From: Candidatus Campbellbacteria bacterium
GTDB lineage: Bacteria; Patescibacteriota; Minisyncoccia; Phycocordibacterales; GCA-2747955
DNA length: 64,000 nucleotides
Assembly (NCBI GenBank): GCA_947311625.1
Contig: CAMZKW010000002.1
Coordinates: 19,013 to 83,012 of the forward strand
Direction of reading: 5' to 3'
Shown: positions 34,352 through 45,644 of the stretch, in pieces
Numbering within the stretch: position 1 is the stretch's first letter
Layout of the letters: each line of letters opens with the position of its first letter
Position numbers and translations under genes: made by a program
The notes under the pieces: model-generated
The model's input: the letters and a program-made list of their open reading frames with translations, nothing else
Databases searched by the model: none
What the model was told of the DNA's origin: nothing

Positions 34352-34366
34352 CAAAAATAAAAAAGG

Positions 34367-34383
34367 TTGGCGCTACGCGCCAA
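34367..34383 (+). terminator. GC hairpin TTGGCGC-TAC-GCGCCAA followed by a T run
   Basis: Immediately 3' of tRNA-Arg. Confidence 0.75.
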
Positions 34384-34400
34384 TCTTTTTTTTTAATTAA

Positions 34401-36929
34401 TTAATAGGTAATTATTTCTTTTTTATTTTCAAAATAAATTTTTCCCATTTCATCACCATTTTTTAAATTAAAAACCCTATCTTTTTCATTGGAAATTGTA
34501 TGAATTACATCTCCTATTCTTAATGCTCGTTTTGCTTTTTCCTCTCACCCTTTTTCACTTTCTAAAAGAGAAATCTTTGAAATATTATTTTTTTCTAAAT
34601 TTAACAATATAACTCCTGTTTTATTATCTCTATAGTACAAGTTATCTGATTTACTTTTTTGATATAGAGTAACGGGGAAAGCCATAATATTTTTATTTTC
34701 AGAAATTAAAATTGCTTTATGGTTATTTAGAGCTTCTGAATAAGAATTATTACCACCTAAAACTATTGACTTTATTTCTCTAGGATTATCTCGAGAAATA
34801 TCAAAGAGAGTAACTTTTAAACCTCCATTTCTCTGATTACCATATTTATCTACATAAACATCCCTACCCAATCCAATCAATCTATCCTTAAAAACTGGAT
34901 GTAAATATTGTGAAAATCCATCTATCTTTAATTCCCCCAATAATTTTAACCTTTTTGGATTTGAAATATTAATATTAAATAAAGGGTCTGTTTGTTTAAA
35001 TGTAACCAAATATGCATGGTCTTTTACAAATCTAACTGATTTTATTCTTTCGCCTTTTGCTATTCCTTCAATTGAATCAAGATTTTTTAAATTTTTATCT
35101 AAAGAATATAAATTATTTTCAGATTTATTTACAGAAAAATTATTACCAATAAATCCTCTTAATTGTCATGGTAATCAATTCTCATTTTTAGTAGTTGCTA
35201 TAAAAAAGTTTTTATCACTATCTTCATGCATTGAAAATTGATTGAGTGTCAAACCTGAAACCTCTCCACTTGCTGTAGCTAAAATTTTTCCGTCATTCAA
35301 AGAAAATTTTTCAATTTTTGTTTTTTCAAAATTATCTTTATTTTTTATATAAAATTCTTTAACTACAACTTTTAATTCTTTTTTAAAATCTTCATCAATT
35401 TTATTTTTCTTACTTAATAGATTTTTTAAATTTTTGTCTTTTTCTTTTTGAGTATATTTTCTCACCGAACTATTTACAACAGATGAATTAAAGTTTTTGT
35501 CAATAATAATTTCTACCTCGTCAATTTCTGAATCATCAATAGTATATTCAATTTTACCATTACTTAAAATTTTTATATTTTCATTATCAAGTTTTTTTTC
35601 TCTATCCAAAAGTAAAGATGAAACTTTTTCATCTAATTTTTCATAAATTATATTTGTATTTATAAATTTATTATAAGTTAGATATAAATTATCTTTAGAT
35701 ATATAAATACTTCCTAAATTTGGCATTAAAATTCTTTTTGATGATATTTTAGATAAATCATCTAAATTTAAAGATGTAATTGAAGTTAAATTTTTATTAA
35801 TAAATGGTGTATCAATATAATAAAAACTATTCCCAAAATTATTTGTTGAAATTTTATTATCAATTCTTACCATTGGTAAAATAGAAATATTATCATTAAT
35901 TCATTTATTACTTACAAAGTATAAATGGTTTTTTATAATCCTGCTTTCTTTTAAAGAACCTTCAAAATCAACCTTTTTTACTTTGACAGGCCTCTTTGGG
36001 TCTGATATATCATAAACTTCAACTCTAGTAAAATAATCATTTATTATATACGGATGGGCTAATATTCTTTTTTTAAAATTATTGGAATTTTCTCAGTAAT
36101 TAGAAATTAAAATTAATTTATTTTTATGAAGATATATTTCTCTCATTGATTCATTTTTACTTGCATTTATTTTTGATACCACCCTCATACCCTTTGGATT
36201 TAATGCATCAAAGATAAATAATTTTTTTGATTTTGAAATAGTATATATATATTTTCCATCGGTTTTTGAAATATCTGATTCATCAACTCCATCTACCTGA
36301 TTATTTGTTCTTGAAAAATCTGATGAGCTTATTCCTTCCAATGAAATTTTATCTGAACTTCTTAATGAAGTATTTCTTTTTAAATAATTTTGTGGAGCAC
36401 TAATATTTTCTAAAATATTATCCCCTATTCCAAATACCAGATTATCACCAAAAGATAGTTTATTGTAATTTTTTGTTTTTTGAATAAAATCTATTAATGA
36501 TTTCTCGCCATAGGCAACTTTCAAATTTCCAGAAAATTTTTCATTTTTTTCAGAAGTTGATATTTTACTTCCACAAGAATCATTCAATAAAGCTCTAGTT
36601 TTAGGACCAACATAACCATCTTGAGTTGTTCCCAAAAACTTTTGTAATCTTAGAATGGCCCCTCTGGTTTTAGGTCCAATTATTCCATCCACTTTTCCAG
36701 CATTAAAGCCTAGTCTATTTAAATGTTTTTGAAGTATGTGAGCTTCTCTTACAATAGATTTTGTATACCCATTATATTTACCATTTTTGATATATCTTTC
36801 TCCTATTTTTGGAGCTTTTAAGTTTTGATGTAATATTAAATCATTAGAGCAAGAACCTTTTTTTAATTCTTCCGCTGAAACCCCTGTAAATATTAAACTT
36901 AAAATTATTATTTTTATTATTGTTTTCAT
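34401..36929 (-). CDS. Secreted protein (842 aa) with an N-terminal peptidoglycan-binding domain and a beta-propeller domain (COG4880/PF09826-like)
   Basis: The signal is MKTIIKIIILSLIFTGVSA. The PG_binding_1-like repeats are GKVDGIIGPKTRGAILRLQKFLG and DGYVGPKTRALLN. The beta-propeller family block is RTNNQVDGVDESDISKTDGKYIYT. Three pieces are in one frame; I translated both gaps by hand and found TGA only. TAA at 34403-34401. Confidence 0.8.
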
Positions 36930-36936
36930 TTTTTTA

Positions 36937-37197
36937 TTATAGCATTTTATTTTTAGAAAATTTTTCTTCTTCATCTTTAATTTTAGATTTTAAAAATTTA
37001 ATCTGTTCTTCTGTAATATTTTTAAATTTTGCAATTTTAATTAAATGTTTTCTTTTACATTGCTTACAATAGAGAGGCCCTTTCATTCCGTTATATAGAT
37101 GAAAGATTCTAAAATCTCCGGGTTCTATTTCTATGGATGGTGAAAAATCATATACATTACCTTTGTATCCACAACCAGGACAGGTTCTTTTTAACAT
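36937..37197 (-). CDS. Small zinc-ribbon protein (hypothetical)
   Basis: 86-aa intact ORF with CPGC...CKQC. Confidence 0.45.
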   Translation of the reverse strand: MLKRTCPGCGYKGNVYDFSPSIEIEPGDFRIFHLYNGMKGPLYCKQCKRKHLIKIAKFKNITEEQIKFLKSKIKDEEEKFSKNKML

Positions 37198-37267
37198 TAT
37201 TTTATTATAATAAAAAATATGCTAAAATAAAAGTAGGATATATAATTATCCTAATAATATAAAAAAT

Positions 37268-37702
37268 ATGAAAAATACAAATACAAGAAATATAATTTTA
37301 GTGATTTTAGGGATTGCAGTTATTGGTGCCGGAACACTATATTTCTCTTCAAATGATGCAGAAGAATTAAAAGAAAAAACTAGTGATGTTAAAATGGAAA
37401 AAGTTTTACCAGAATTTGGAGATTTAACTAATTTTGTTAAAAAAGATTTAGGCGTTGAAGAAAAAGAAAATTTAAAAATTATTTTAGAACAGAGAAAAGA
37501 TAGACAATTACAAATTAAAGAAATTTTAGATGAAGCTTATAAAAATGGAGATATGGAGAATGCTTGAATTGAGGTTGCTGCAATGAGAGAAAAATGTAAG
37601 GGAAGAATAACTCCTTATATATCTGAAGAAGCTAAAAATGATTTTGATAATTATTGTGCATCTTTGGGTGAAAAACTAGAATCAAACTATGTTCAAAAAT
37701 AG
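37268..37702 (+). CDS. Small anchored or secreted hypothetical protein (144 aa)
   Basis: N-terminal TM segment. Merged at TGA 37565; TAG at 37700. Confidence 0.45.
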
Positions 37703-37941
37703 TTTTTTTTAATAGAAAAAAGAGGGTGAACTAAGTATCATTTTTTTATTATCAATTTTTATATATTCGAATTTAGTTTTTTAAATTTTATATTTATTAG
37801 GCTATCTAGTTATTAAAATTTTTTTCTCAACTTATTTAAAATTAAAATTTCTTTTTAAGATAGTTATTCTATAAAAAATTCTAATGACAAAAAATATTAG
37901 TTAATTATTTATATTTTTGACCCATATGATATAATTAAAAA

Positions 37942-39186
37942 ATGGATTTATCAGTTTTAATAATTTATTTTGCTCTTTTTATTTCCTTGTATTTTGAGAT
38001 ATATCTACTTTTAACTTTTTTTGAACATAGAAAAGAGATAAAAGCTAAAAAAAATAAAAAAAATATTGATTTTTTTCCATCCACTACAATTATTGTTCCT
38101 TGTTGAAATGAAGAGGATACCATAGAAGGAACATTAAAATCTCTTTTAAATTTAGATTATCCAAAAGATAAATTAAAAATTATAGTAGTTGATGATGGTT
38201 CTACGGATAGCACAGCAGATAAGGTTGAAAAATTTTTACCTCATTCTCAGATAAATTTTATTCAAAAAGAGAATGGTGGAAAACATACGGCTATGAATAG
38301 AGCTTTAAAAGAGATAGATACAGTTTTAGTAGGTTCTTTGGATGCGGATTCATTTGTGGATAAAAATGCTTTAAAATTTGTGGCCGAACATTTTAAAAAT
38401 AAAAATATATCAGCTGTTACTTCAGTTATTAAATCTTTAGATAATAAAAATATTTGAGCTCAAATTCAAAAATCTGAATTTTTATTGTCAGCTAAGGTCA
38501 GAAAAATATTTGCTTTGTCAGGTTCTATTTTTATAACACCGGGTCCATTTTCTATAATGAGAGCTTTGGTGGTTAAAGAATTAGGTGGGTGAAAAAAGGC
38601 TCATAATACAGAGGATATGGAAATTGGTATTAGAATGCAAAGCCATAATTATATTATTGAAAATGAAGAGATGTCTATAATCTATACAAAACCTTTAACA
38701 ACTTTCAAGGCTCTGTATAAGCAGAGACTGAGGTGATTATATGGATTTTTAAGAAATACCTGAGATTATAGATTTATGTTTTTTAATAAAAAATATGGGA
38801 ATTTAGGGATATTTATTTTACCCTATTCTCTAATGGCTGTGGTGAGTGTGGTGATATTATTTTTGTTAATGATTTTTAAAATATATCTGTCGATTATCGA
38901 TTGAATTATTAAAATATCTGTAGTTGGTTTTAATTTTGATTGAGGTTGACCTAATTTAAAATGATTTTTTATAGATACTGGTCCTATTTTATGAATTATT
39001 TTTGTTATAATTATAATTACAATTGCAATTTTAATTTTTTCAAAAAAGATGGTAAATGAAGAAAAAGTTTATACAAAAGATATTCCAATATATTTAATCA
39101 TTTATGGTTTGATTGCACCATTATGATTATTGGCTGCTTTTTGAAAAGCTTTGTTTAAAATAGAATCAAAATGAGAAGATAATTAA
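37942..39186 (+). CDS. Family-2 glycosyltransferase of the processive synthase type (PgaC/NodC/cellulose-synthase-like), 414 aa with C-terminal TM helices
   Basis: It is absent from the ORF track because of 12 in-frame TGAs. Family blocks are IIVPC[TGA]NEE, VVDDGSTD, SLDADS, GG[TGA]KKAHNTEDMEIGIRMQ and the signature QRLR[TGA] (38722-38736). An extended -10 TGATATAAT (37927-37935) lies 6 nt upstream of the ATG. Confidence 0.8.
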
Positions 39187-39196
39187 TAATAAAAAT

Positions 39197-40144
39197 ATGA
39201 CAAAAATAAAAGAAACAAATAAAAGAAAAATTAATCTAAGAAAATATTTTTTAGTATTTTTAATAACTTTAACAATTTTTTTAATTGGTTTTTATATAGC
39301 AAATCAATTTAATAAAAAAAGAATTATTGATATAAAAGAAGTAGAGAATACTATGTCCACAGATATTCTTTCATCTGAAATACAATTTAGTCTTTTAGAA
39401 GAAGCAAGTTGTAAGGGAATTAACGAAAAAACAACTTTATCTCAGGAATTAAAAGATTTAGCAAAAAAACTTTCCTATATGGAAAAAAAAATGGGTTCTA
39501 AAAATAAAGAGGTTGAAGCTTTAAAGAAGAAATATACTTTATTACAAATTAAGGATATTCTTTTGATGAAAAAGATTTCTAAAAAATGTAAATTAAAACC
39601 AATAAATATTTTATATTTTTACTCTAATGATAAAAATGATGATGATTGTAAAAAAGAAGGCTATGTTTTGACAAGACTTTCTCAGGATAATCCTAGATTA
39701 AGAGTTTATACTTTTGATTATGATTTAGATTTAGGTGCTTTAAAAACTCTTATGTCTATTAAAAAAGTAAAAGGGGATAAATTACCAGTTTTAGTCATCG
39801 AAGATGAGGTTTATTCTGGTTTTCAATCTATTGAAAAAATTCAGAAATTACTTCCAAAGTTAAAAATTATTGATAAAAAATATTTAAAATATAGCAATGG
39901 AGATAATTCTGATATTGAAATTCAATGTGCAGAAAAAAAACAATGTAAGCTTGAAGAAAATATTATATCTTGTTATCCAACTGCAATGAATATAGAAAAT
40001 TCAAAAGAAAAAGTGGAAAAATATAATAAAAAAGAATCAATTATTTTAGAGACTATTGATAAAAATTGTGTATCTTTAAAAGAATTTGGAGATAAAGCTT
40101 TTTGTAACAAAGATAATATCTGTGAAGTTGAAGAAATAAAATAA
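39197..40144 (+). CDS. Membrane-anchored Cys-containing hypothetical protein (315 aa), 10 nt downstream of the GT2 gene
   Basis: Intact ORF with an N-terminal TM segment and no recognisable motif. Confidence 0.45.
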   Translation: MTKIKETNKRKINLRKYFLVFLITLTIFLIGFYIANQFNKKRIIDIKEVENTMSTDILSSEIQFSLLEEASCKGINEKTTLSQELKDLAKKLSYMEKKMGSKNKEVEALKKKYTLLQIKDILLMKKISKKCKLKPINILYFYSNDKNDDDCKKEGYVLTRLSQDNPRLRVYTFDYDLDLGALKTLMSIKKVKGDKLPVLVIEDEVYSGFQSIEKIQKLLPKLKIIDKKYLKYSNGDNSDIEIQCAEKKQCKLEENIISCYPTAMNIENSKEKVEKYNKKESIILETIDKNCVSLKEFGDKAFCNKDNICEVEEIK

Positions 40145-40174
40145 TTTTTTTATAAAAGTTATTTTTTAAAAATA

Positions 40175-40183
40175 TGTTAAAAT
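40175..40183 (+). promoter_or_regulatory. Extended -10 TGTTAAAAT, 6 nt upstream of the ATG at 40190
   Basis: ATATGTTAAAAT is identical to the element upstream of lysS. Confidence 0.5.
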
Positions 40184-40189
40184 AGAAAA

Positions 40190-40816
40190 ATGAATGAACA
40201 AATAATTTTAATTATAATTTTAATTTTTTCTGTAGTTATCCATGAAGTTTCTCATGGATTGGCAGCATATTTTCAAGGAGACAAAACGGCAGAGAATGCT
40301 GGGAGATTAACTTTAAATCCAATACCACATATTGATTTATTTGGATCTATAATTTTGCCAGGAATATTTTTACTTTCTGGAACCAATGCTTTTTTGGCTT
40401 GAGCTAAACCAGTACCCTACAATCCTAATAATTTAAAAAATAAAAAATGAGGGGAATTAATTGTTGCATTGGCCGGACCAATTTCAAATTTTATTTTAAT
40501 GTTGATATTTCTTCTCTTATTGGCTATAGTTAATTATTTTAATATATCTAATGAATTTATAATTGAAATATTAAAAATAGGGGGGTTTTTAAATCTATTT
40601 TTGGGTATTTTTAATCTACTCCCAATTGTCCCCTTAGATGGTTCAAAAATTCTTTTTGCTATTTTACCCAAAAATATTTCTTATAAAATGAGCAATTTTA
40701 TGGAAAAAAATTATCTTTATATTTTTATAATATTTTTATTATTTATTTTTAATACAAATTATATTTTTAATTTTGTATTTTTGATATTTAATCAAATTAC
40801 AAAATTTTTATTATAA
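40190..40816 (+). CDS. Site-2 protease family (M50) membrane metalloprotease
   Basis: The HExxH motif is VIHEVSHGLAAY. LA[TGA]AKPVPYNP matches the family GWAKPVP block, and ALAGPISNF is present. Merged at TGA 40400 and 40448. Confidence 0.8.
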
Positions 40817-40937
40817 TATATAATATAAATATAGATTTAAAATTTAATCCAAGAATATAAAAAAGTTATAAAAATAGCTTGAATTATATAGTAGAAGAAA
40901 AAGAAAAAATATTAATAATTAAAAAATATTTTTTTTC

Positions 40938-40966
40938 TTGCAAAAGTCTTATTTTTTTGGTAAAAT
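40938..40966 (+). promoter_or_regulatory. Sigma70-type promoter TTGCAA-N17-TAAAAT (with TGg extension) for rplS
   Basis: Exact 17-nt spacing. It predicts a leader of about 17-18 nt, unlike most genes here. Confidence 0.55.
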
Positions 40967-40990
40967 ACAGCAACTTAATTTAAAAATATT

Positions 40991-41521
40991 ATGAAAAAAA
41001 ATGTAATTAACACTCCCGTTGCAGATTTTACTTCTGTAAACACTGAGGAAAGAAAAGCTTTACAAATTAGAGCTGGTGATACTGTAAAAGTATGAGTAAA
41101 AATAAAAGAAAAAGATAATAAAGGGAAGGAGAAGTTTAGATTACAAGCTTTTGAAGGTCTTGTTGTTGGAACAAAACACGGAAATGAAGCAGGGGCAACA
41201 TTTACCGTTAGAAAAATTTCCTATGGTGTTGGTATGGAAAGAATATTTCCATTATTTTCACCAATGATTGATAAAATTGAAGTTTTGAAAAAAGGTTCAG
41301 TTAGAAAATCAAAATTATATTTTGTAAGAGAAAAAGTTACAAAAGAGATCAAGAGATTAACAAGAAGGGCAAAATTAGTTGGATTAACAACATCTTCAGA
41401 TATCGAAGAAACAGAAAAAAAAATTAGAGAGGCTGAAGAAGCTGCTAAAAAAGCTGAAGAAGAAGTAAAAGAAGGAGTTTCTGAAGAAAAAACTGAAACA
41501 ACTGAAGAAAAAAAAGACTAA
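40991..41521 (+). CDS. rplS: Ribosomal protein L19 with an acidic C-terminal extension
   Basis: RAGDTVKV[TGA]VKIKE...[11 protein letters not shown]...[41 protein letters not shown] is the L19 core. The tail is ...[30 protein letters not shown]. Confidence 0.9.
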
Positions 41522-41570
41522 TTTTTTAGTTTTTTTTTAAAAATAATTTTGTATTAAATAAGAGTGTGAT

Positions 41571-42230
41571 TAATTTTTAGATTAAAAATCAATAAAATAA
41601 ATAAGAGGATATGATTGGTAAAAATAAGTTATCAAAACCAAAAATTAGAATTATTTCAAAAAAGGTTAATAATAAACTTATTAAACTAAATTTAAATAGA
41701 GCAAATTTATCTGAAAAAATTCAAAAAATAATAAAAGTAGAAATAAAGTAAGAGAAAGAACCTAAAATAGTCTTTTGACTTCAGGGAAGTTTTTTCTTTC
41801 CTCATAACTTGCCAAAAATAGCAGCTAAGGCATCTGAGAAGGTTAAAACTAGCATTCCTACTAAAAATGGTAATATATTTTCTGGTAGTCAAATTCAAGA
41901 CATAATTCCAAGGGAAATTGGTGTTAATCATATTCCATAGGAAATTCTTTTTATGGAAAATACAGATTTAAAAAAAGGTGAATATTTACCAAGCCAAACT
42001 CCAATAAATAAAATTATTGCTGAAATTATTATTTCATTTTTTGTCATAAAAATTGGAGAAAGAGAAAAAATAACTCCAATTATGATATGAGGGACTTTTC
42101 TCAAAATTTCTTGATTGGTTTTTTTATTTTTATATTTTAAAAAATCAGAAATAAAAAGTGAGAAAATAACCAATAGAATTAAAATTATAATTTCTAAAAA
42201 ATTATTTTCTTGAAAAAAATTTTTTAACAT
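41571..42230 (-). CDS. Polytopic membrane protein of the CTP-transferase/polyprenol (dolichol/phytol) kinase-like superfamily
   Basis: FSDALAAIFGKL[TGA]GKKKLP[TGA]SQKTILGS resembles the gD..A...G...Gk.k....KT.eGs block. I translated it by hand from 42230 to TAA 41573-41571, with several TGAs. Confidence 0.5.
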
Positions 42231-42284
42231 AAAATAATTTTAACATATTTTTGATTAAATAATTTTCCTTGCCAGTTGAAAATA

Positions 42285-42293
42285 TGTTAAAAT
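42285..42293 (+). promoter_or_regulatory. Extended -10 TGTTAAAAT, 6 nt upstream of the lysS ATG
   Basis: Sequence match; the spacer is ATTAAA. Confidence 0.5.
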
Positions 42294-42299
42294 ATTAAA

Positions 42300-43988
42300 A
42301 TGAATGAAAAAATAACAAGGGAACAGGAGATAAAAAAATTAAGAATTGATAAAATTCAAAGATTAAAGGAAGTGGGGATGGAAGCCTATCCTGACCCGGC
42401 AGAAACAAAACCAAGTGCTACTTTAAAAGAGGTTGTGGATAATTTTTCTGATTGGGAAAAAGAAGAAAAAGAGTTGAATCTTGTGGGGAGGATCATTACA
42501 AAAAGAGGTGCGGGTAAAATTTCTTTCGCAAATATTTTTGATGGTACAGAAAATTTTCAAGTTGTTTTACAGGCAGATATTTTAGGTAAAGATAAAATGA
42601 AAATTTTTGATAAGTTATTTGATATGGGTGATTTTGCTAATTTTTCAGGAACTCTTTTTAAAACTCAAAAAGGTCAGGAATCATTAAAAGTTTCAGATTT
42701 TAAAATGGCTGGAAAAACTCTTTTACCAATGCCTGAAAAATGACATGGTCTTTCTGACAAAGAAGAAAAATATAGAAAAAGATATTTAGATTTAATTTCT
42801 GACAAGAGTACTTTTAAAAGATTTAAACTTAGAGCAAGTATTATTTCTGAAATTAGAAAAATTTTAGATGAAAAAGGGTTTTTGGAGGTTGAAACACCGA
42901 TTTTGCAAAGTCAGGCTTCGGGAGCAATGGCTGAAACTTTTAATACTCATCATAATGATTATAATATGGATATGGTTTTGAGAATTTCTCTGGAAGCTGA
43001 ACATAAAATGATTATGGCCGGTGGCTATCCTGCAGTTTATGAGATTGGAAAGAATTTTAGAAATGAAGGTTCTGATTCAACCCATATGCAGGAATTTACG
43101 ATGATTGAGTGGTATAAAGCATATGAGGGTTTAGAATATAATATGGATTTAACAGAAAAAATGTTAAAACAAATTGCTGAAAATGTCGTTGGAAAAACTA
43201 TTTTTAAAATGGAATCTGCCGGTGGAGATGAGGTTGAAGTTGATTTTGGTAAAACTTGAGAGAGATTAGAATTTAATGATTTAATAAGGGAATATGCAAA
43301 CATTAACCCAGAAACTGCCACAAGGGGAGAATTAGAAAATAAAGCCATTGAATTAGGTGAGGATAAAAATAATATTTCAAAGATGTCTGTTGGGAATATT
43401 TTAGATTCCATATGAAAAAAATCTGCTCGTAGAAAAATTATTCAGCCAACTTGAATTATGCATTACCCAGGTTCTTTAAAACCTTTGGCAATTCAAAATG
43501 AAAATGGAACTTCTGAAGTTGCTCAGCCGGTGGTAGCTGGATTTGAGCTTTCAAATCATTATGCTGAATTAGTTAATCCAATTAAACAAAGAGAACTCTT
43601 GGAGGAACAAGTTATGGCAAAAGAGGGTGGTGATGCTGAAGCTATGGATATGAATAATGAGTTCATAACTGCAATGGAGCATGGAATGCCACCAATGACT
43701 GGAACAGGTATTGGAATTGATAGGTTAGTGGGGATTTTTACTGAACAGGGAAATTTGAGAGATGCAGTATTTTTTCCAATTATGAAACCTATTGAGGAAA
43801 AATTATCAAAAAATAAATTGAAAAAGATGAGAGAACAGGAAAAAAAGAAAAAAGAAAATAATTTTTTAGATGAAAAACAAGATTTTGAAATTAATGAAAA
43901 TGGAGAAAAAATTGTTATCGAAAGAATGCCAGAGCCTGATAAATTAGATAGGGAAATTTTTAAAGAAGATAAAGCTGCTCTTGGGTAG
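42300..43988 (+). CDS. lysS: Lysyl-tRNA synthetase, class II, with a Lys/Glu-rich C-terminal extension
   Basis: OB-fold N-terminus, then PEK[TGA]HGLSDKEEKYRKRYLDL. Class II motifs are present (EVETPILQ, YEIGKNFRNEG, GIGIDRLV). Three pieces are in one frame. Confidence 0.93.
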
Positions 43989-44076
43989 TTTTTTAAATTT
44001 TAGATTAGTTAATAATAATTGATATTAATATAAAAAAATAAAATAATTTCTTTTTTTAAGAAATTATTTTATTTTA

Positions 44077-44085
44077 TGTTAAAAT
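44077..44085 (+). promoter_or_regulatory. Extended -10 TGTTAAAAT, 6 nt upstream of the gpmI ATG
   Basis: Sequence match; the spacer is TATTTT. Confidence 0.5.
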
Positions 44086-44091
44086 TATTTT

Positions 44092-45582
44092 ATGAAAAAA
44101 AATAAGGTAATTTTAGTTGTTCGTGATGGTTGAGGCCACAGAGAAGAATTAGAGAAAAATTTTGTTAAATTAGCTTTAACTCCGAATACCGATGAATTAG
44201 AAAAAAAATATCTAACTTTGTATATTGGAGCTTCCGAGGAATATGTAGGACTTCCAAAAGGCTTTGTTGGTAATTCAGAAGTTGGTCATATGACTTTAGG
44301 AGCTGGAGAAATTCTTTTTCAATCTCTTTCAAAAATAAATAAATCAATAGAAGGTGGTGATTTTTTTCAAAATAGAGAGATTTTAAAATCAATTCAGAAT
44401 GTAAAAAAGAATAAATCAAAACTTCATTTGATGATTTTAATGCAAGATGCTGGAGTTCATTCCCATATTTCTCATCTTTTTGCCATGATGGAATATGCTA
44501 AAAAGGAAGGTTTGGAAGGGGATGATATTTATTTACATTTAATTACCGATGGAAGAGATGAAAATCCAAAATCAGGAATTGAATTTTTAATTGAAGTTTC
44601 TGAAAAAATGTCTGAATTAAAACTTGGTAGGGTGGCAACTATTTCTGGAAGGTATTATGCCATGGATAGAAATAAAAATTGAGAGAGGACAGAGAAATAT
44701 TATGATGCTGTTGTTTCTGGGGTTTCCGATGAAATTTTTACTTGTGGAAAAGAAACAATCTTTAACTCATATGAAAATGATATCAGTGATGAATTTATTA
44801 TTCCAAGGGTTAAAGAAGGTTATGAAGGATTAAAAGATAACGACTCTTTAATATTTTTAAATTTTAGAAAGGATAGACCAAGACAAATAACTAAATCTTT
44901 AAATGAAGATAATTTTAATGGTTTTTTAAGAAAAGAAAAAAAAGAAATATATTTTCTTTCAATGACAAGATATTATAAGGAACAAAAAAGTCCAGTGATT
45001 TTTGAAGATGAGATTGTGGAAAATACCTTGGGTGAAATTTTGGAAAAGGATGGAAAGACTCAGTTGAGAATTGCAGAAACAGAAAAATTTGCCCATGTAA
45101 CTTTCTTTTTTGATGGTGGGGTAAAAAAAGATTTTCCTCATAAAAAAGAAATTATTATTCCTTCGCCGGATGTGGCAACTTATGATTTGAAGCCGGAAAT
45201 GTCAGCTTACGAGGTGGTAGAAAGACTTTTAAAAGAGATTGAAGAGAATGAACCAGATTTTATTTTGGTAAATTTTGCTAATACGGACATGGTTGGGCAC
45301 ACAGGAAAATTTGATGCTATTAAAAAGGCGGTGGAAGTAGTTGATGATTGTGTTGGAAAAGTTGTTGAAGATGGAGAAAAGAAAAATTATTCAATTATTC
45401 TAACTGCTGACCATGGAAATGTTGATGATAAGAGAGATGATACCTTAACAACCCATACCGTTAATAAAGTTCCTTTGACAATTATCACCGATAAAGAAAA
45501 TCTAGAAAAAATTGATTTGGATAAAATTAAGGGTTTATCGGACATAAAGGATATTATTTTGAAATTTATGGATTTGAAATAG
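44092..45582 (+). CDS. gpmI: 2,3-bisphosphoglycerate-independent phosphoglycerate mutase
   Basis: Family blocks are VRDG[TGA]GH, GNSEVGHMTLGAGE, SGRYYAMDRNKN[TGA]ER, ETEKFAHVTFFFDGG and NFANTDMVGHTG...TADHGN. Confidence 0.92.
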
Positions 45583-45644
45583 TTTTTTTTTTTGTTATAC
45601 TAATAATATATGTACAAAAAATACATAATATAGTTTTATAAAAT

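Noticed and set aside
41611-41751. A 46-codon plus-strand ORF (MIGKNKLSKPK...).
   Set aside because: It lies entirely antisense within the 3' part of the minus-strand membrane-protein gene 41571-42230 and has low-complexity composition.
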